64,000 bases of DNA from a candidate division FCPU426 bacterium (GCA_963796105.1 CAWCKJ010000012.1:96001-160000), one strand, 5' to 3'. Positions 30,573 to 40,628 are shown, counted from the first letter of the stretch. Notes: generated by a model not told the origin, from the sequence alone. Translations and numbers: made by a program.

Positions 30573-32363
30573 CTAGGATAAGTCTTCCAACTCGATCCTA
30601 ATCTTCAGTTCCTTCATCAATTCGTCTTCTATTACAGATGGAGAACCTGTCATCAGGTCCGTAGCCTTGGCGGTCTTTGGGAAGGCGATTACGTCGCGGA
30701 TATTCGGAGCGCCGGTCAAAAGCATGGCGATTCGATCCAATCCGACGGCCATTCCACCGTGGGGCGGAGCGCCATAAGTCAAAGCTTTAAGCAGAAAGCC
30801 AAAGCGTTCTTGCGCTTTTTCAGGCGTAATATCCAGCAGGCTGAAAATTTTTGATTGCAGTGCGGAATCGTGGATACGGATGGTACCGCTTCCCAGTTCA
30901 AAACCGTTTAAAACCATATCATAGGCTCGACCCGTAACCTGGGTGGGATCGGTATTCAGGAGGGATAAATCCTGTTCTCGAGGCGCCGTAAAGGGATGGT
31001 TCATAGAATAAAGCCTACCCTTCTCATCCTTCCCAAACATTGGAAAATCAGTCACCCAAAAGAACGCCCACTTGGGCCCCTTCTCTATCAATCCTTTTCT
31101 TCTTGCGATTTCCACCCTGAGGGCTCCCAATGACTCATTCACAATTGTGGGTTGGTCGGCCCCGAACAATAGAAGATCTCCCTCCTCACCTTTCAATACC
31201 GTCAACATTTCCTTTTGAACGGCGTCATTGAAATACTTGTTGATATTGGAATCAAGTTTGCCGTCTTTCACCTTGAACCAAGCCATCCCCTTGGCCCCGT
31301 ATTTACCTACAAAAGCGGTGAGATCGTCCAGGTCTTTACGGGAGAAATCCGCGCAGCCCTTGGCGTTCAGGGCCTTCACGATATCACCCCGGGCGATAAC
31401 TTCCTTGAAAACCTTGAAATCAGACTTGGCCACGATGGAGCTGACACTTACCAAGGGCAGGTCGAATCTTAGGTCGGGCTTGTCGTTTCCATAGCGCTCA
31501 ACCGCCTCTTTATAAGTCAAACGAGGAAAAGGAGTTTTTAAATCTTCGCCTAGAGCGCCCCTGAAAATAGCCTTCATAAGCCCTTCCCCTATCCGGTAGA
31601 TGTCTTCCTCGTCAATGAACGACATTTCCCAGTCGATCTGGGTGAACTCAGGTTGGCGGTCAGCCCGAAGATCCTCATCCCGGAAACATTTGGCGATTTG
31701 GAAATACTTATCCAACCCCGCGATCATGCAGGTCTGCTTCAATTGCTGGGGACTTTGGGGCAGGACAAAGAATTTGCCGGGGTTGACCCGGCTCGGCACC
31801 ACATATTCCCGGGAACCCTCCGGCGTGTTCTTAATGAGGATCGGCGTCTCGATTTCAAGAAAACCCTCACCGCTCATGTAATTGCGGGCGGACATGGCCA
31901 TTTTGTGGCGGGCGATCAGCTTTTCCTTCATGTACTCACGGCGAAGGTCGAGATATCTATATTCCATACGTGTTTCCTCAGCCACATCCACATCTTCCTC
32001 AATGGGAAAAACGGGTGTTAGAGATTCATTTAGGACCTTTACTTCGGAACAGCGGATTTCTATTTCTCCAGTGGCAAGCTTCGGGTTCACGGTGCCCTCG
32101 GGGCGATGGGAAACTTTTCCTTTAACTGCCAGGACCCATTCGTTGCGGATCAAGTGGGATTGCTTGTGGACTTTATCTGCTAATTGGGGATCAAACACGA
32201 TCTGGGTCACCCCATATCGGTCGCGCAGATCCACGAATACCAGCCCGCCGTGGTCGCGGCGGTGGTGCACCCATCCCATAAGGAGGACATCCTTGCCCAT
32301 ATCCGACCCTCTCAGGTCACCGCAAGTATGACTTCGTTTCCAACCACCGAGCATTTCCGCCAC
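30573..32363 (-). CDS. aspS: Aspartate--tRNA ligase (probably non-discriminating Asp/Asn)
   Basis: RSHTCG, RRDHGG, LPQSPQ, FRDEDLRADRQPEFTQID, GAPPHGG; GTG 32363 after AGGAG. Confidence 0.98.
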   Translation of the reverse strand: MAEMLGGWKRSHTCGDLRGSDMGKDVLLMGWVHHRRDHGGLVFVDLRDRYGVTQIVFDPQLADKVHKQSHLIRNEWVLAVKGKVSHRPEGTVNPKLATGEIEIRCSEVKVLNESLTPVFPIEEDVDVAEETRMEYRYLDLRREYMKEKLIARHKMAMSARNYMSGEGFLEIETPILIKNTPEGSREYVVPSRVNPGKFFVLPQSPQQLKQTCMIAGLDKYFQIAKCFRDEDLRADRQPEFTQIDWEMSFIDEEDIYRIGEGLMKAIFRGALGEDLKTPFPRLTYKEAVERYGNDKPDLRFDLPLVSVSSIVAKSDFKVFKEVIARGDIVKALNAKGCADFSRKDLDDLTAFVGKYGAKGMAWFKVKDGKLDSNINKYFNDAVQKEMLTVLKGEEGDLLLFGADQPTIVNESLGALRVEIARRKGLIEKGPKWAFFWVTDFPMFGKDEKGRLYSMNHPFTAPREQDLSLLNTDPTQVTGRAYDMVLNGFELGSGTIRIHDSALQSKIFSLLDITPEKAQERFGFLLKALTYGAPPHGGMAVGLDRIAMLLTGAPNIRDVIAFPKTAKATDLMTGSPSVIEDELMKELKIRIELEDLS

Positions 32364-32380
32364 TTTGTTCACTCCTAATG

Positions 32381-32410
32381 AAAATAAAAACGACCCCATA
32401 GGGGCCGTTT
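32381..32410 (-). terminator. Terminator-like hairpin between hisS and aspS
   Basis: mRNA AAACGGCCCC-UAU-GGGGUCGUUU then UUAUUUU, directly before the aspS RBS. Confidence 0.5.
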
Positions 32411-32472
32411 AAAGAGACCGTATAATAGCATAACCTTTTTCAGCTCAAAACCTGGATTTAGCCCTAAAGGAA

Positions 32473-33924
32473 CTATTCCTTTTGAACAGTTCCCAGCAAT
32501 TCCTCCAGGGTCATTTCCTGGTCCTGCCGGGTGGATAACTTACGGACCTTGAATTTATCGCCTCCAAGCTGAAAATCAATAATTGCGAATTCCAGACCGC
32601 CATCCTGGGCGGTTTTCATTTGTTTTCCGAAATCCTTCTTTTCCAGGCAAGTCTCGACCTGTAATCCCTTTGAGCGAAGAAGTTCAGCCAAACCCAACAA
32701 ATCCTTTTCGGATTGGTCCTTATTGGCGATATAAATCCTCTTCGAGGCGAATGAATCGACCACATTGTCCCGTTCCATCAAAATGTATAGGATGCGCTCG
32801 AAGCCTAGGGATACCCCCACCGCAGGAGTATCCTTAGGTCCACCAAGTTTTTCAATCAACCCGTCGTAACGTCCTCCGCCACCGATGGAGAAACTATACG
32901 CTTTATCTTCGACATTAATTTCAAATACCGAGCCAGTGTAATAGTCGAAACCCCGAACCAAAAGCGGATCAAAAATCACGTTGGCATCAGGATTCACATC
33001 CCTGACACCCGTCTGGATGGATTTGATCTTATTCCCCAATTCAGTAATCTTGTTTTCCTTAAAATCTTTCAAGTCCAAAAATCCATTTTTAGCGCTGTTG
33101 ATGAAGAGAATAATCTTTTCCTGATTTTCTTTGTCTAGCCCTATTCCTGCAATTTCATTTTTCACTTCATCAAAGGATTGCTTATCCAGCTTATCAATAG
33201 TTATGGCCACTTCCGGAATCTTTTCTACCGGCGTTCCGATTCGCCTTAGAATTGCTGTTAGTAGACTTTTATCGCTGATACGGATTTTGAATTCACCAAT
33301 ATTAAGCGCCTTTAACACCCGGTCAGTGGCTAAGAGCAGTTCCACTTCATATGATTCCGACACTCCCCCGATGATGTCGATATCGCATTGGTAAAACTCC
33401 CGGAACCTACCTTTCTGGGGTCGGTCGGCCCTCCAAACTGGACCTATGTGGTAACAGCGAAAGGGTTTGGGTAGATCGTTAGAGTGATTGGCGAAATAAC
33501 GGGCTAAGGGAACGGTAAGATCAAAACGCAGGCCCATGTCGGCAACGCTATCTTTCAACTCATATTTAAACAAATTTTTAATATTTTGAACAACTGCGGT
33601 CTTATTACTTGTACCAGGCTCAATTACTTCTACATCTGATATCTCCGCATTAATTTTTTTATTAAATAATCTAAGTAATGTGGTTTCAACAACGCCGCCT
33701 AATTCCTGCCCTCGTTTTAACACATTAAACATCAACTTCTCGTTCTCACCCCCGCCCTTGCCCTGCAAGACTTCAAGATTCTCCATAACAGGTGTGTCGA
33801 TGGGTTGAAAACCATAGAGTTGGTAATGCGATTCAATCAGACGGATTAGTTTCTGACGAATTTGAACTTCTTTTGGGAGCCAATCGCGCATGCCCTTGGG
33901 CGGGCTGAACTTTGTGTTATCCAC
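32473..33924 (-). CDS. hisS: Histidine--tRNA ligase
   Basis: PKGMRDW, LRFDLTVPLARY, RADRPQKGRFREFYQCD, RGFDYYTG, GGGRYD. Confidence 0.98.
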   Translation of the reverse strand: MDNTKFSPPKGMRDWLPKEVQIRQKLIRLIESHYQLYGFQPIDTPVMENLEVLQGKGGGENEKLMFNVLKRGQELGGVVETTLLRLFNKKINAEISDVEVIEPGTSNKTAVVQNIKNLFKYELKDSVADMGLRFDLTVPLARYFANHSNDLPKPFRCYHIGPVWRADRPQKGRFREFYQCDIDIIGGVSESYEVELLLATDRVLKALNIGEFKIRISDKSLLTAILRRIGTPVEKIPEVAITIDKLDKQSFDEVKNEIAGIGLDKENQEKIILFINSAKNGFLDLKDFKENKITELGNKIKSIQTGVRDVNPDANVIFDPLLVRGFDYYTGSVFEINVEDKAYSFSIGGGGRYDGLIEKLGGPKDTPAVGVSLGFERILYILMERDNVVDSFASKRIYIANKDQSEKDLLGLAELLRSKGLQVETCLEKKDFGKQMKTAQDGGLEFAIIDFQLGGDKFKVRKLSTRQDQEMTLEELLGTVQKE

Positions 33925-33971
33925 TGAATACTCCGGAATTCTACATTCGAAATTTTATATTGAGGATTGCC

Positions 33972-36302
33972 TTATTGCACCTGATTATATTTCCCATCCT
34001 TGATTTGGATCACAGGCACAACCTTCTCTGGTTCTCCATGGCCGCCGAATGTGGTTTTACCACTCACACCCTCGAAATCTTTGATTTGCATCAACTGATT
34101 ATGTATGTTTTCACGATCGGAGGAATTAGCCAAGGCGGATAACAAAAGTCGAGCGGCATCATAAGCCTGAGCCGCCAATAGGTCCGGACGCTTGGCGTAT
34201 TTCTTAAGGTAATCCTCAACGAATTTCTTGACCTCATTTTTCGAGCTATCCACATAGAAACCCGTCACGAAATAAGAGCCTTCCAGATCCTTGCTCCCCT
34301 CCCGCAAAACAGTGTCATTTTCCCAAAGATGGCCCCCAAGGAAAATCGGGTTCAGGTCATAGAAATGGCTTTGGGATACCAAGAGGGGGATTTCCGAGGC
34401 ATGGGCTGGTAAGTAAAGGGCTTGATAATCCGCTTTCCGTCGAAGCATGGTTGAGGGTTTAAAAAAACTATATTGAACATGATTCATATAAAAGCGGCCG
34501 AACGTTTCGGTTTTTGGGTTTTGCCTGAAAGCCTCGATGGTAAGTGTAAAGTCCCATGTGGGGTCGTCACTGCTCCAATCGTTTGGAGGATTGGTTTCGA
34601 CAATCCTTCCTGTGATCAACAGGGGTACCTGTGCCTCTTCGGCAATTTCCCCCCATTGGTCCGCGGTGGGAGTCAAAGTTGTTCCCTTGAATTCAACAGG
34701 CAGACGGGTCAAAGCCTGCTGGACCAAATCATCAGTCCTCAATTGAAATCCAACCTGGTCCTTGAAACTTTCCCGAAGGGTTTCATTCACATCCTTGGAT
34801 ATCGAGGGACAAGCCGTATTGGTGAGTCCCTCTACCAAAGGAACAAAAGCGATCGGAGTACCTCCCGCCTCTTCCTCGGCAACCGCGGGAGCGGCGGCGG
34901 ATAATGCCCTAGCCTTTACAAAAATTTTTCCAATTTCCTTAGCAAGGCCATATTTCAATTCATCGAGACGGCGTGTGTTTTCACGGTCATTTTCTTTTGA
35001 TGAATTAGGATCCTGTCCACCTAAAAGAACCAATTGTTTTTTGAAATCCGTGCTGATGGAAGCCGGGTAAGAAACCGAGGCGGTTATGGTGCCTCCGAGG
35101 GAATCCACAGTTTTCTCGAAAGAATTTGCGAGCGTTTGGCCGTAGCCGTCGTTGGGGGCGAGAATTCCAAACTTTTTAAATCCAAGTTTTTCCACCGCGT
35201 ACCGAGCCATGGCACGACCCTGCATCTCGTTGGTCATGCTGTTGCTGAAAAGATAGGGGCCTATAACGGACAACCCATCCCGACTCGCAGCCGGGCAAAG
35301 AAGTAAGATTTTCTGCTGGTTGGCGATGGGAGCCACCGCCTGGATGTCGGCAGCCAATACCGGCCCGATGACCGCGTCCAAGCTATTATCTTTATTTAAA
35401 TCTTGGAACGCCCGAATAACCCTGGTCGGATCCAATGTTGGGTCACCGGTATCTTTCAGGACTAATGAAACTGTTTTTTTCGTTCCCCCCTCCAGGTTTG
35501 CTTGCTGAACGGCTAAAGCCACGCCGTTTCGAACGGAATCGCCAAAACTCTTGAATCTGCCTATGGAAGGGGCCAATAAACCGATTTTCCAGCTTTTTCC
35601 ATTTTGCTGGCTTTGCAGGGACTGCAGAAGCAATCGGGCCGACGAGGCGGAAGGATCATCGGAACATTGTTGAAGATAGGGTGTTAGGTGACTGATAGCA
35701 TCAGCTTGAAATCCTGCTTGTGCTTCTCGACTGCCCAATTGGAAAAGGGCAGAGCATATCAAGGGAGAATTCGGGTAATTGGCGACATAACGCTTCAATT
35801 CATCAAGGCTTAGGGAATAAGTCAATATAAACTCCATCATTCCCTCACACTGATCGTTAAAAACCGACTTAGGGTATTTATCCATGACCGTTTGAAATGC
35901 GGCTAAAGAAGGAAGATAGTCTTTCTTTTCAAAATAAATTTGTCCTACCATATATTGGGCTTTGTCCAGTTGTGGAAGGTTAACCGGAATTTGAAGCATG
36001 GATTGGTAGGTTTTCAAACTTTCGACCAAACTATTGTGGTTGAATAGATATTGAGCAACCGTATAGTAGCTTTTTGAATTTTCCTTCGTCGCTTCTTTCC
36101 CGTTGATTTGAGAATATGCCAGTTGGTAATCCTGGTCTGATACTGGTGAATGGACATCAACTAAGGATGGGATCTGAGGCCCTCCCGTTTTCAATTGAGC
36201 CGGAGCGGCAGTAGAAAGTTGTGCCTGGATGGAAGATTTGGGAGAGCAACCTGCGATCAAAAACCCCGCTATAAACACGATCAGGGAATATCTTCTTCTC
36301 AT
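33972..36302 (-). CDS. LpoA/LppC-like lipoprotein (TPR/BamD-like N-terminus, type-I periplasmic-binding C-domain) with large internal insertion
   Basis: Lipobox IAG-C, TPR-like repeats, KIGLLAPSIG, AVIGP, AAQAYDAA, FEGVSG. Confidence 0.8.
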   Translation of the reverse strand: MRRRYSLIVFIAGFLIAGCSPKSSIQAQLSTAAPAQLKTGGPQIPSLVDVHSPVSDQDYQLAYSQINGKEATKENSKSYYTVAQYLFNHNSLVESLKTYQSMLQIPVNLPQLDKAQYMVGQIYFEKKDYLPSLAAFQTVMDKYPKSVFNDQCEGMMEFILTYSLSLDELKRYVANYPNSPLICSALFQLGSREAQAGFQADAISHLTPYLQQCSDDPSASSARLLLQSLQSQQNGKSWKIGLLAPSIGRFKSFGDSVRNGVALAVQQANLEGGTKKTVSLVLKDTGDPTLDPTRVIRAFQDLNKDNSLDAVIGPVLAADIQAVAPIANQQKILLLCPAASRDGLSVIGPYLFSNSMTNEMQGRAMARYAVEKLGFKKFGILAPNDGYGQTLANSFEKTVDSLGGTITASVSYPASISTDFKKQLVLLGGQDPNSSKENDRENTRRLDELKYGLAKEIGKIFVKARALSAAAPAVAEEEAGGTPIAFVPLVEGLTNTACPSISKDVNETLRESFKDQVGFQLRTDDLVQQALTRLPVEFKGTTLTPTADQWGEIAEEAQVPLLITGRIVETNPPNDWSSDDPTWDFTLTIEAFRQNPKTETFGRFYMNHVQYSFFKPSTMLRRKADYQALYLPAHASEIPLLVSQSHFYDLNPIFLGGHLWENDTVLREGSKDLEGSYFVTGFYVDSSKNEVKKFVEDYLKKYAKRPDLLAAQAYDAARLLLSALANSSDRENIHNQLMQIKDFEGVSGKTTFGGHGEPEKVVPVIQIKDGKYNQVQ

Positions 36303-37361
36303 TTAAATGCCCTTCCTTAAAATTCGGACCATTTCTTCATCTAACGGACCACTTGTTCCGTCCGCTAATTTTGGCCATAAGCCGAAATCTAGCCATTTAT
36401 AATTCCAATAAGACCAACCCAAATTCATCTCTTTCATGAGTTCAACCATATCCAGAACCCAGTTCAGCCTAGCTTCTCGGGGAGCTTTTTCATAGACACC
36501 GAATTCGCCGCAATAAATCCTGTTCCCTTCATGGCTAAGATTTTCAACAGGCAGTAGTAATTTTCGAAGAGCCTCTCGATCCCAATTCTGCCTGCCTTCC
36601 TTCTCGATGAAATAACGCGTTTCCTCCGTGATGTCCCTTTCAAGATATTCTTTTACTCTGGGTATGAATCCTGGATAGGCCACTGTTTCCCGGTAGGACT
36701 TGGCCCCGCTCCACCATGGAGCCATTTGATGTGTTAGGAGCATGGGGGAATAAAAATGAAAACTATAAACTATGTTTGTCCCCCGCACCCCGCTTACCAA
36801 ATCCTTCAGCTTTTCAGACGAGGCCCAATAAGTGGATTCCAATATCACCATCCTCTCCGAATCTTCCTTCCGAATGGCCTCGTAAACTCTTTTAGCCACC
36901 TTGTTCCAGTCCAAGACGTTCTTGGCGGTAGGTTCATTGAGGGTATCAAACCATAATAAACCATCAAATTCCTTTAAGGCCTGAGTAAGCTCAGCCCATG
37001 TAATGCAGAAAGAAGTTAAATCTTCCTCGCTTTTCCATAAATTTTCAAGTTCGGGTTTGGAAAAGGAATGCCAGGGGACTTGATGCAAATCCAGAATAGT
37101 TAATAGTCCTGCCTTCTTGGCCCAGTTAAGAATTTTCCGCAAAACATTCAAACGGTTATTAGAAATATGACCCCGACCCTCATTTTCGAAAAGCCACTTT
37201 GCATCAACGGGAAGTCTAATGGAATTAAAACCCCAATTTGCTACAGTTTTGAAATCCTCTTCCCGAATAAAATCAGAGACATATCTTTCTTCTAGAGAAG
37301 ACTGGGATAGCCAGCCACCGAAATTAAACCCGACCGGGCGAATCTGGTTGGAATTCAACAA
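36303..37361 (-). CDS. Glycoside hydrolase family 5 without signal peptide (CelC/cellodextrinase-like)
   Basis: GFNFGGWLSQ, GFNSIRLP, ILDLH, LNEP (acid/base), SFHFY, YCGEFG (nucleophile). Confidence 0.92.
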   Translation of the reverse strand: MLNSNQIRPVGFNFGGWLSQSSLEERYVSDFIREEDFKTVANWGFNSIRLPVDAKWLFENEGRGHISNNRLNVLRKILNWAKKAGLLTILDLHQVPWHSFSKPELENLWKSEEDLTSFCITWAELTQALKEFDGLLWFDTLNEPTAKNVLDWNKVAKRVYEAIRKEDSERMVILESTYWASSEKLKDLVSGVRGTNIVYSFHFYSPMLLTHQMAPWWSGAKSYRETVAYPGFIPRVKEYLERDITEETRYFIEKEGRQNWDREALRKLLLPVENLSHEGNRIYCGEFGVYEKAPREARLNWVLDMVELMKEMNLGWSYWNYKWLDFGLWPKLADGTSGPLDEEMVRILRKGI

Positions 37362-37415
37362 AATTATCTTTCCTCAAATAAAAATTTCAGAGAAAGCCGA
37401 AACAAAATTTCAATT

Positions 37416-37868
37416 TTACTGTACGCCGGTGTGGCCGAATCCACCCGTTCCCCTTAAGGTATCGTCCACCCGGTTCACTTGGGTTATCCGCACTCGAGCG
37501 ACAGGCGAAATCAAAAGCTGTGCCACTCTGTCACCCCTGTTTATCCGAACCGGTTCCTGTCCTAGGTTGATTACCAAAACCTTCACCTCGCCACGGTAAT
37601 CCGAGTCGATTGTTCCAGGTCCGTTGGTCAAGGTCAGCCCTTGCTTCATCGCTAAACCGCTGCGAGGCCTGACACAGCCCTCATAGCCCTCCGGAATAGC
37701 CATTTTCAATCCTGTCGGGACAATCCCTCTTTGACCCGGTTGAAGAACCAGAGGCTCGGACAAAGCCGCTTTCAAATCCAATCCAGCCGCGCCTTCAGTC
37801 GCATATTCCGGTAATGAAATATCCCCACTGCCAGGCAAAATTTCTATTTTCAGGTCCGGTTGTTCCAT
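37416..37868 (-). CDS. dut: dUTP diphosphatase
   Basis: AGLDL, RPRSG, GTIDSDYRGE, RVAQ, RGTGGFGHTG. Confidence 0.98.
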   Translation of the reverse strand: MEQPDLKIEILPGSGDISLPEYATEGAAGLDLKAALSEPLVLQPGQRGIVPTGLKMAIPEGYEGCVRPRSGLAMKQGLTLTNGPGTIDSDYRGEVKVLVINLGQEPVRINRGDRVAQLLISPVARVRITQVNRVDDTLRGTGGFGHTGVQ

Positions 37869-37985
37869 AAAGTTCTTTATCCTCTATTAGATCCAAGGAT
37901 TGTCTTGAGTGACATTCTCGTTGATTTTATACGGTTCAAACAGATTTCGGTTTGGGAGGAGAGAAAATTTTAGATTTTTTCTTAA

Positions 37986-39575
37986 TTAAGCTCTATCTAC
38001 TTCCTGCCGAACTATATCCTTCATATTCGTGAATATTTCCTTAGGGAAACAGAAAAAAGGGTATTCCCTAAAGGAAAGTACATCCTTCACCTCTTTGACC
38101 CTCGCAACATCCAAAATACCCATTTCCAATATTTTCGCGGCCTCAATGCATTCATCATACAATTCATCGTTAATAGCCCTGATTTTCTGGGAAGCCTCTG
38201 TTCTTTGTGCCGGATCGGACAACAAATTCACCCATTTCTTTTTTTCTTCAGCCAATTTTTCCAATTTTCCGTTTTCCAGGCATTTCTTGAATACCATATG
38301 CATAAAAACCGGCAATTCCTTTATCCATGAGTCTTGCCTCGTGAATAGATATTCAGGGTTTTTTTCCAATATTCTTTCCCATTTTTCAAGATTTTTCTCA
38401 TGGTCGGTGATTATTTCCAATGGTTGGCTTTCCTCTGGTTCCACCAAATAAGTGGCTGAAACAACCCCATAAGCCAATGGCTTGATTTTAAGAGCTTTTT
38501 TAAAAATCAAATCGTTAACTTCCTCATACCAGCCTCCGCCCATCCCATGAATGAAGAAGTCACATAGATATAAACGGCAAAATAGCGTCTGAGGGATGGC
38601 CTTGGGCCAAATCAAAATGGGAAGTGTTGCTAAGTCGTTTTGAAGGGTTGTCAATCCAGCAGAATAGGTTCCAGTTGTGCCCCGAAGCTTCAGGACGATG
38701 TGTTTTCCATCATTCTTGGCCATTAGGGAATGGCGTTGATGGTACTGGGTAATCCCCCAGAACGGGATTTCAAACCACCAATCCTCGAAACCCAGGTTGG
38801 GCATGGGATTAAGCTTGTGTTTGATCTTATACTTACGCCTGTAATCGTCAAGGGACTCGTTGTAAACACCTGTAAGCTCTGGAAGATTGGCCATCCAAAA
38901 GGTCAAGAACTCGAAAAAAGGCTCAGAAGCCCAAATCCTGCTACCCTCCAAGAATTGTCGTTCGGTTCCGCATATTCCATCAAGCATTTTTAAATAATTA
39001 ATGTGGTACCCGTTCCAGGATTCACTTTCCTTCAAACCGTTTAGGAGTTGGGGTTCGAATATCCTCATGTTCTCTTTTATGGATTTGGGGCAAAACACTT
39101 GAGCATCGGCGTAAATCTTATCCATTGCCTCGTAATCCGGTGGTGGTAAAAAAGCATAAGGAGTGGTTTTTTCCTGGGTCTGAAGATCATGGTTGGAGAA
39201 AAATTCCAATTTTTTACGCCGAGCCTTTCCATTATCCTCCACCTCAGGGAGAAAATGAGAATACTCAGCTGATACGGCAGTATCAGTTAATTTATGATAA
39301 ACTGTCCCTTGCACGGCCTCGGCCAGGGAACTGGCAGCCAGGCACTTGGCCCATAAGCCAGGATGGAAAAATACAGGCTGGTGGCCGGACATCACAATGG
39401 GTTGGTCTGTCGGCATTTTCAAGGCTTCCCTCACTTTGCTGGCTGACTGGCCCCATGGACTTTCCTTGACTGTCCTTTCCCTATTACGAAGGGCTTCCTC
39501 CTTCCAGAATGAAAAAGGGGGATCAAAATAAAATTCTCCATGCTTAGAGGGTATTTTTTTTTCATCATTGGTCAT
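37986..39575 (-). CDS. Uncharacterised protein, BshC-like putative ligase
   Basis: IVMSGHQP-x4-PGLWAK, late FIHGMGG, coiled coil, terminal REYPFF; motif order parallels BshC. CDS is solid, function is inferred. Confidence 0.6.
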   Translation of the reverse strand: MTNDEKKIPSKHGEFYFDPPFSFWKEEALRNRERTVKESPWGQSASKVREALKMPTDQPIVMSGHQPVFFHPGLWAKCLAASSLAEAVQGTVYHKLTDTAVSAEYSHFLPEVEDNGKARRKKLEFFSNHDLQTQEKTTPYAFLPPPDYEAMDKIYADAQVFCPKSIKENMRIFEPQLLNGLKESESWNGYHINYLKMLDGICGTERQFLEGSRIWASEPFFEFLTFWMANLPELTGVYNESLDDYRRKYKIKHKLNPMPNLGFEDWWFEIPFWGITQYHQRHSLMAKNDGKHIVLKLRGTTGTYSAGLTTLQNDLATLPILIWPKAIPQTLFCRLYLCDFFIHGMGGGWYEEVNDLIFKKALKIKPLAYGVVSATYLVEPEESQPLEIITDHEKNLEKWERILEKNPEYLFTRQDSWIKELPVFMHMVFKKCLENGKLEKLAEEKKKWVNLLSDPAQRTEASQKIRAINDELYDECIEAAKILEMGILDVARVKEVKDVLSFREYPFFCFPKEIFTNMKDIVRQEVDRA

Positions 39576-39645
39576 GCATTTGCCTTTTTCAAGAAACTTT
39601 CGGATAAAAATTTCTGTTTTTAAAATATCGGTGAATGATTTTATA

Positions 39646-40368
39646 CTATTTTGGTCGGTCTGTTGTGGAAGAAAGTCCCAATGCCTTTGCTTCCCTATCC
39701 ATAACTTGCAAATAATGGTTTAAACGTTCATCCCGGGTCGCAAACTGGTTGTTGAAATTCCGGCTATGGTCAGTATAAATCAACGGTACGGCGCACTCTG
39801 TAACAGTCAAGCCAACTTTAGCCGCCTGAAGCCAAGCCTGAATAGGAAAACCATAATTAGTTTCTGTCAATCGCATCTTCAGAAGGCCCGCCACCCGGTA
39901 ACCCTTGAAACCGCAAAAACTATCTGTCAAATAATAGCCGGTTAACTCATTCAATTTTTCTGTGATGATACGATTGATTTCCAATCTTTCCGGTGGAGGA
40001 GTTCCCTGATAAAGATGTGAATCCAAGTACCGGCTTCCTGAAACGATATCAAACTTAGTTAGTTTATCCATCAAACAATGGATGTAATAGGGTTCATGCT
40101 GCTCATCCGCGTCCATAGTGACACAATGTACATAATGGTTTTCCTTTGCATAGTCGAATCCATCCATAAGGGCTTTTCCATATCCTTCGTTTTGGACATG
40201 ACGGATCACGGCTTTGACGGAAACTCCCTTCAATATTATCGGTGTTTCATCCGTGGAGCCATCATCCACGATGACAACATCAGCATCCTTGAATTCGAAA
40301 AGTTTACGTAGAACGCGCTCCAATGTCGGAGCCTCATTGTAAACCGGCAGTATGACAGCAAAATTCAT
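39646..40368 (-). CDS. Glycosyltransferase family 2 (DPM1-like)
   Basis: ILPVYNE, VDDGSTD, NEGYG, MDADEQH, IVSGSRY, TDSFCGFKGY. Confidence 0.92.
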   Translation of the reverse strand: MNFAVILPVYNEAPTLERVLRKLFEFKDADVVIVDDGSTDETPIILKGVSVKAVIRHVQNEGYGKALMDGFDYAKENHYVHCVTMDADEQHEPYYIHCLMDKLTKFDIVSGSRYLDSHLYQGTPPPERLEINRIITEKLNELTGYYLTDSFCGFKGYRVAGLLKMRLTETNYGFPIQAWLQAAKVGLTVTECAVPLIYTDHSRNFNNQFATRDERLNHYLQVMDREAKALGLSSTTDRPK

Positions 40369-40628
40369 CAATAACTCCACAATTAACCAAAAATAAAAAT
40401 GCTAAGTTTTAATGGAAATCGGAAAGATTGACTAAACCAAAATCTGAAAATAAAACTCGTTCTAAAAGTTTAAATAACCTAGGGTTTTCTTCCGATTTAT
40501 TCAACCCACCCAAAAACTAATCGATTTTCATGTTGAAAATTCCAAGGTTGGATAAAATCACACCTCAAATTAATCCGGGATAAAGGAATGATTAGGGATT
40601 AAATGAATATGCAGGTCTTTTCAAAAAA

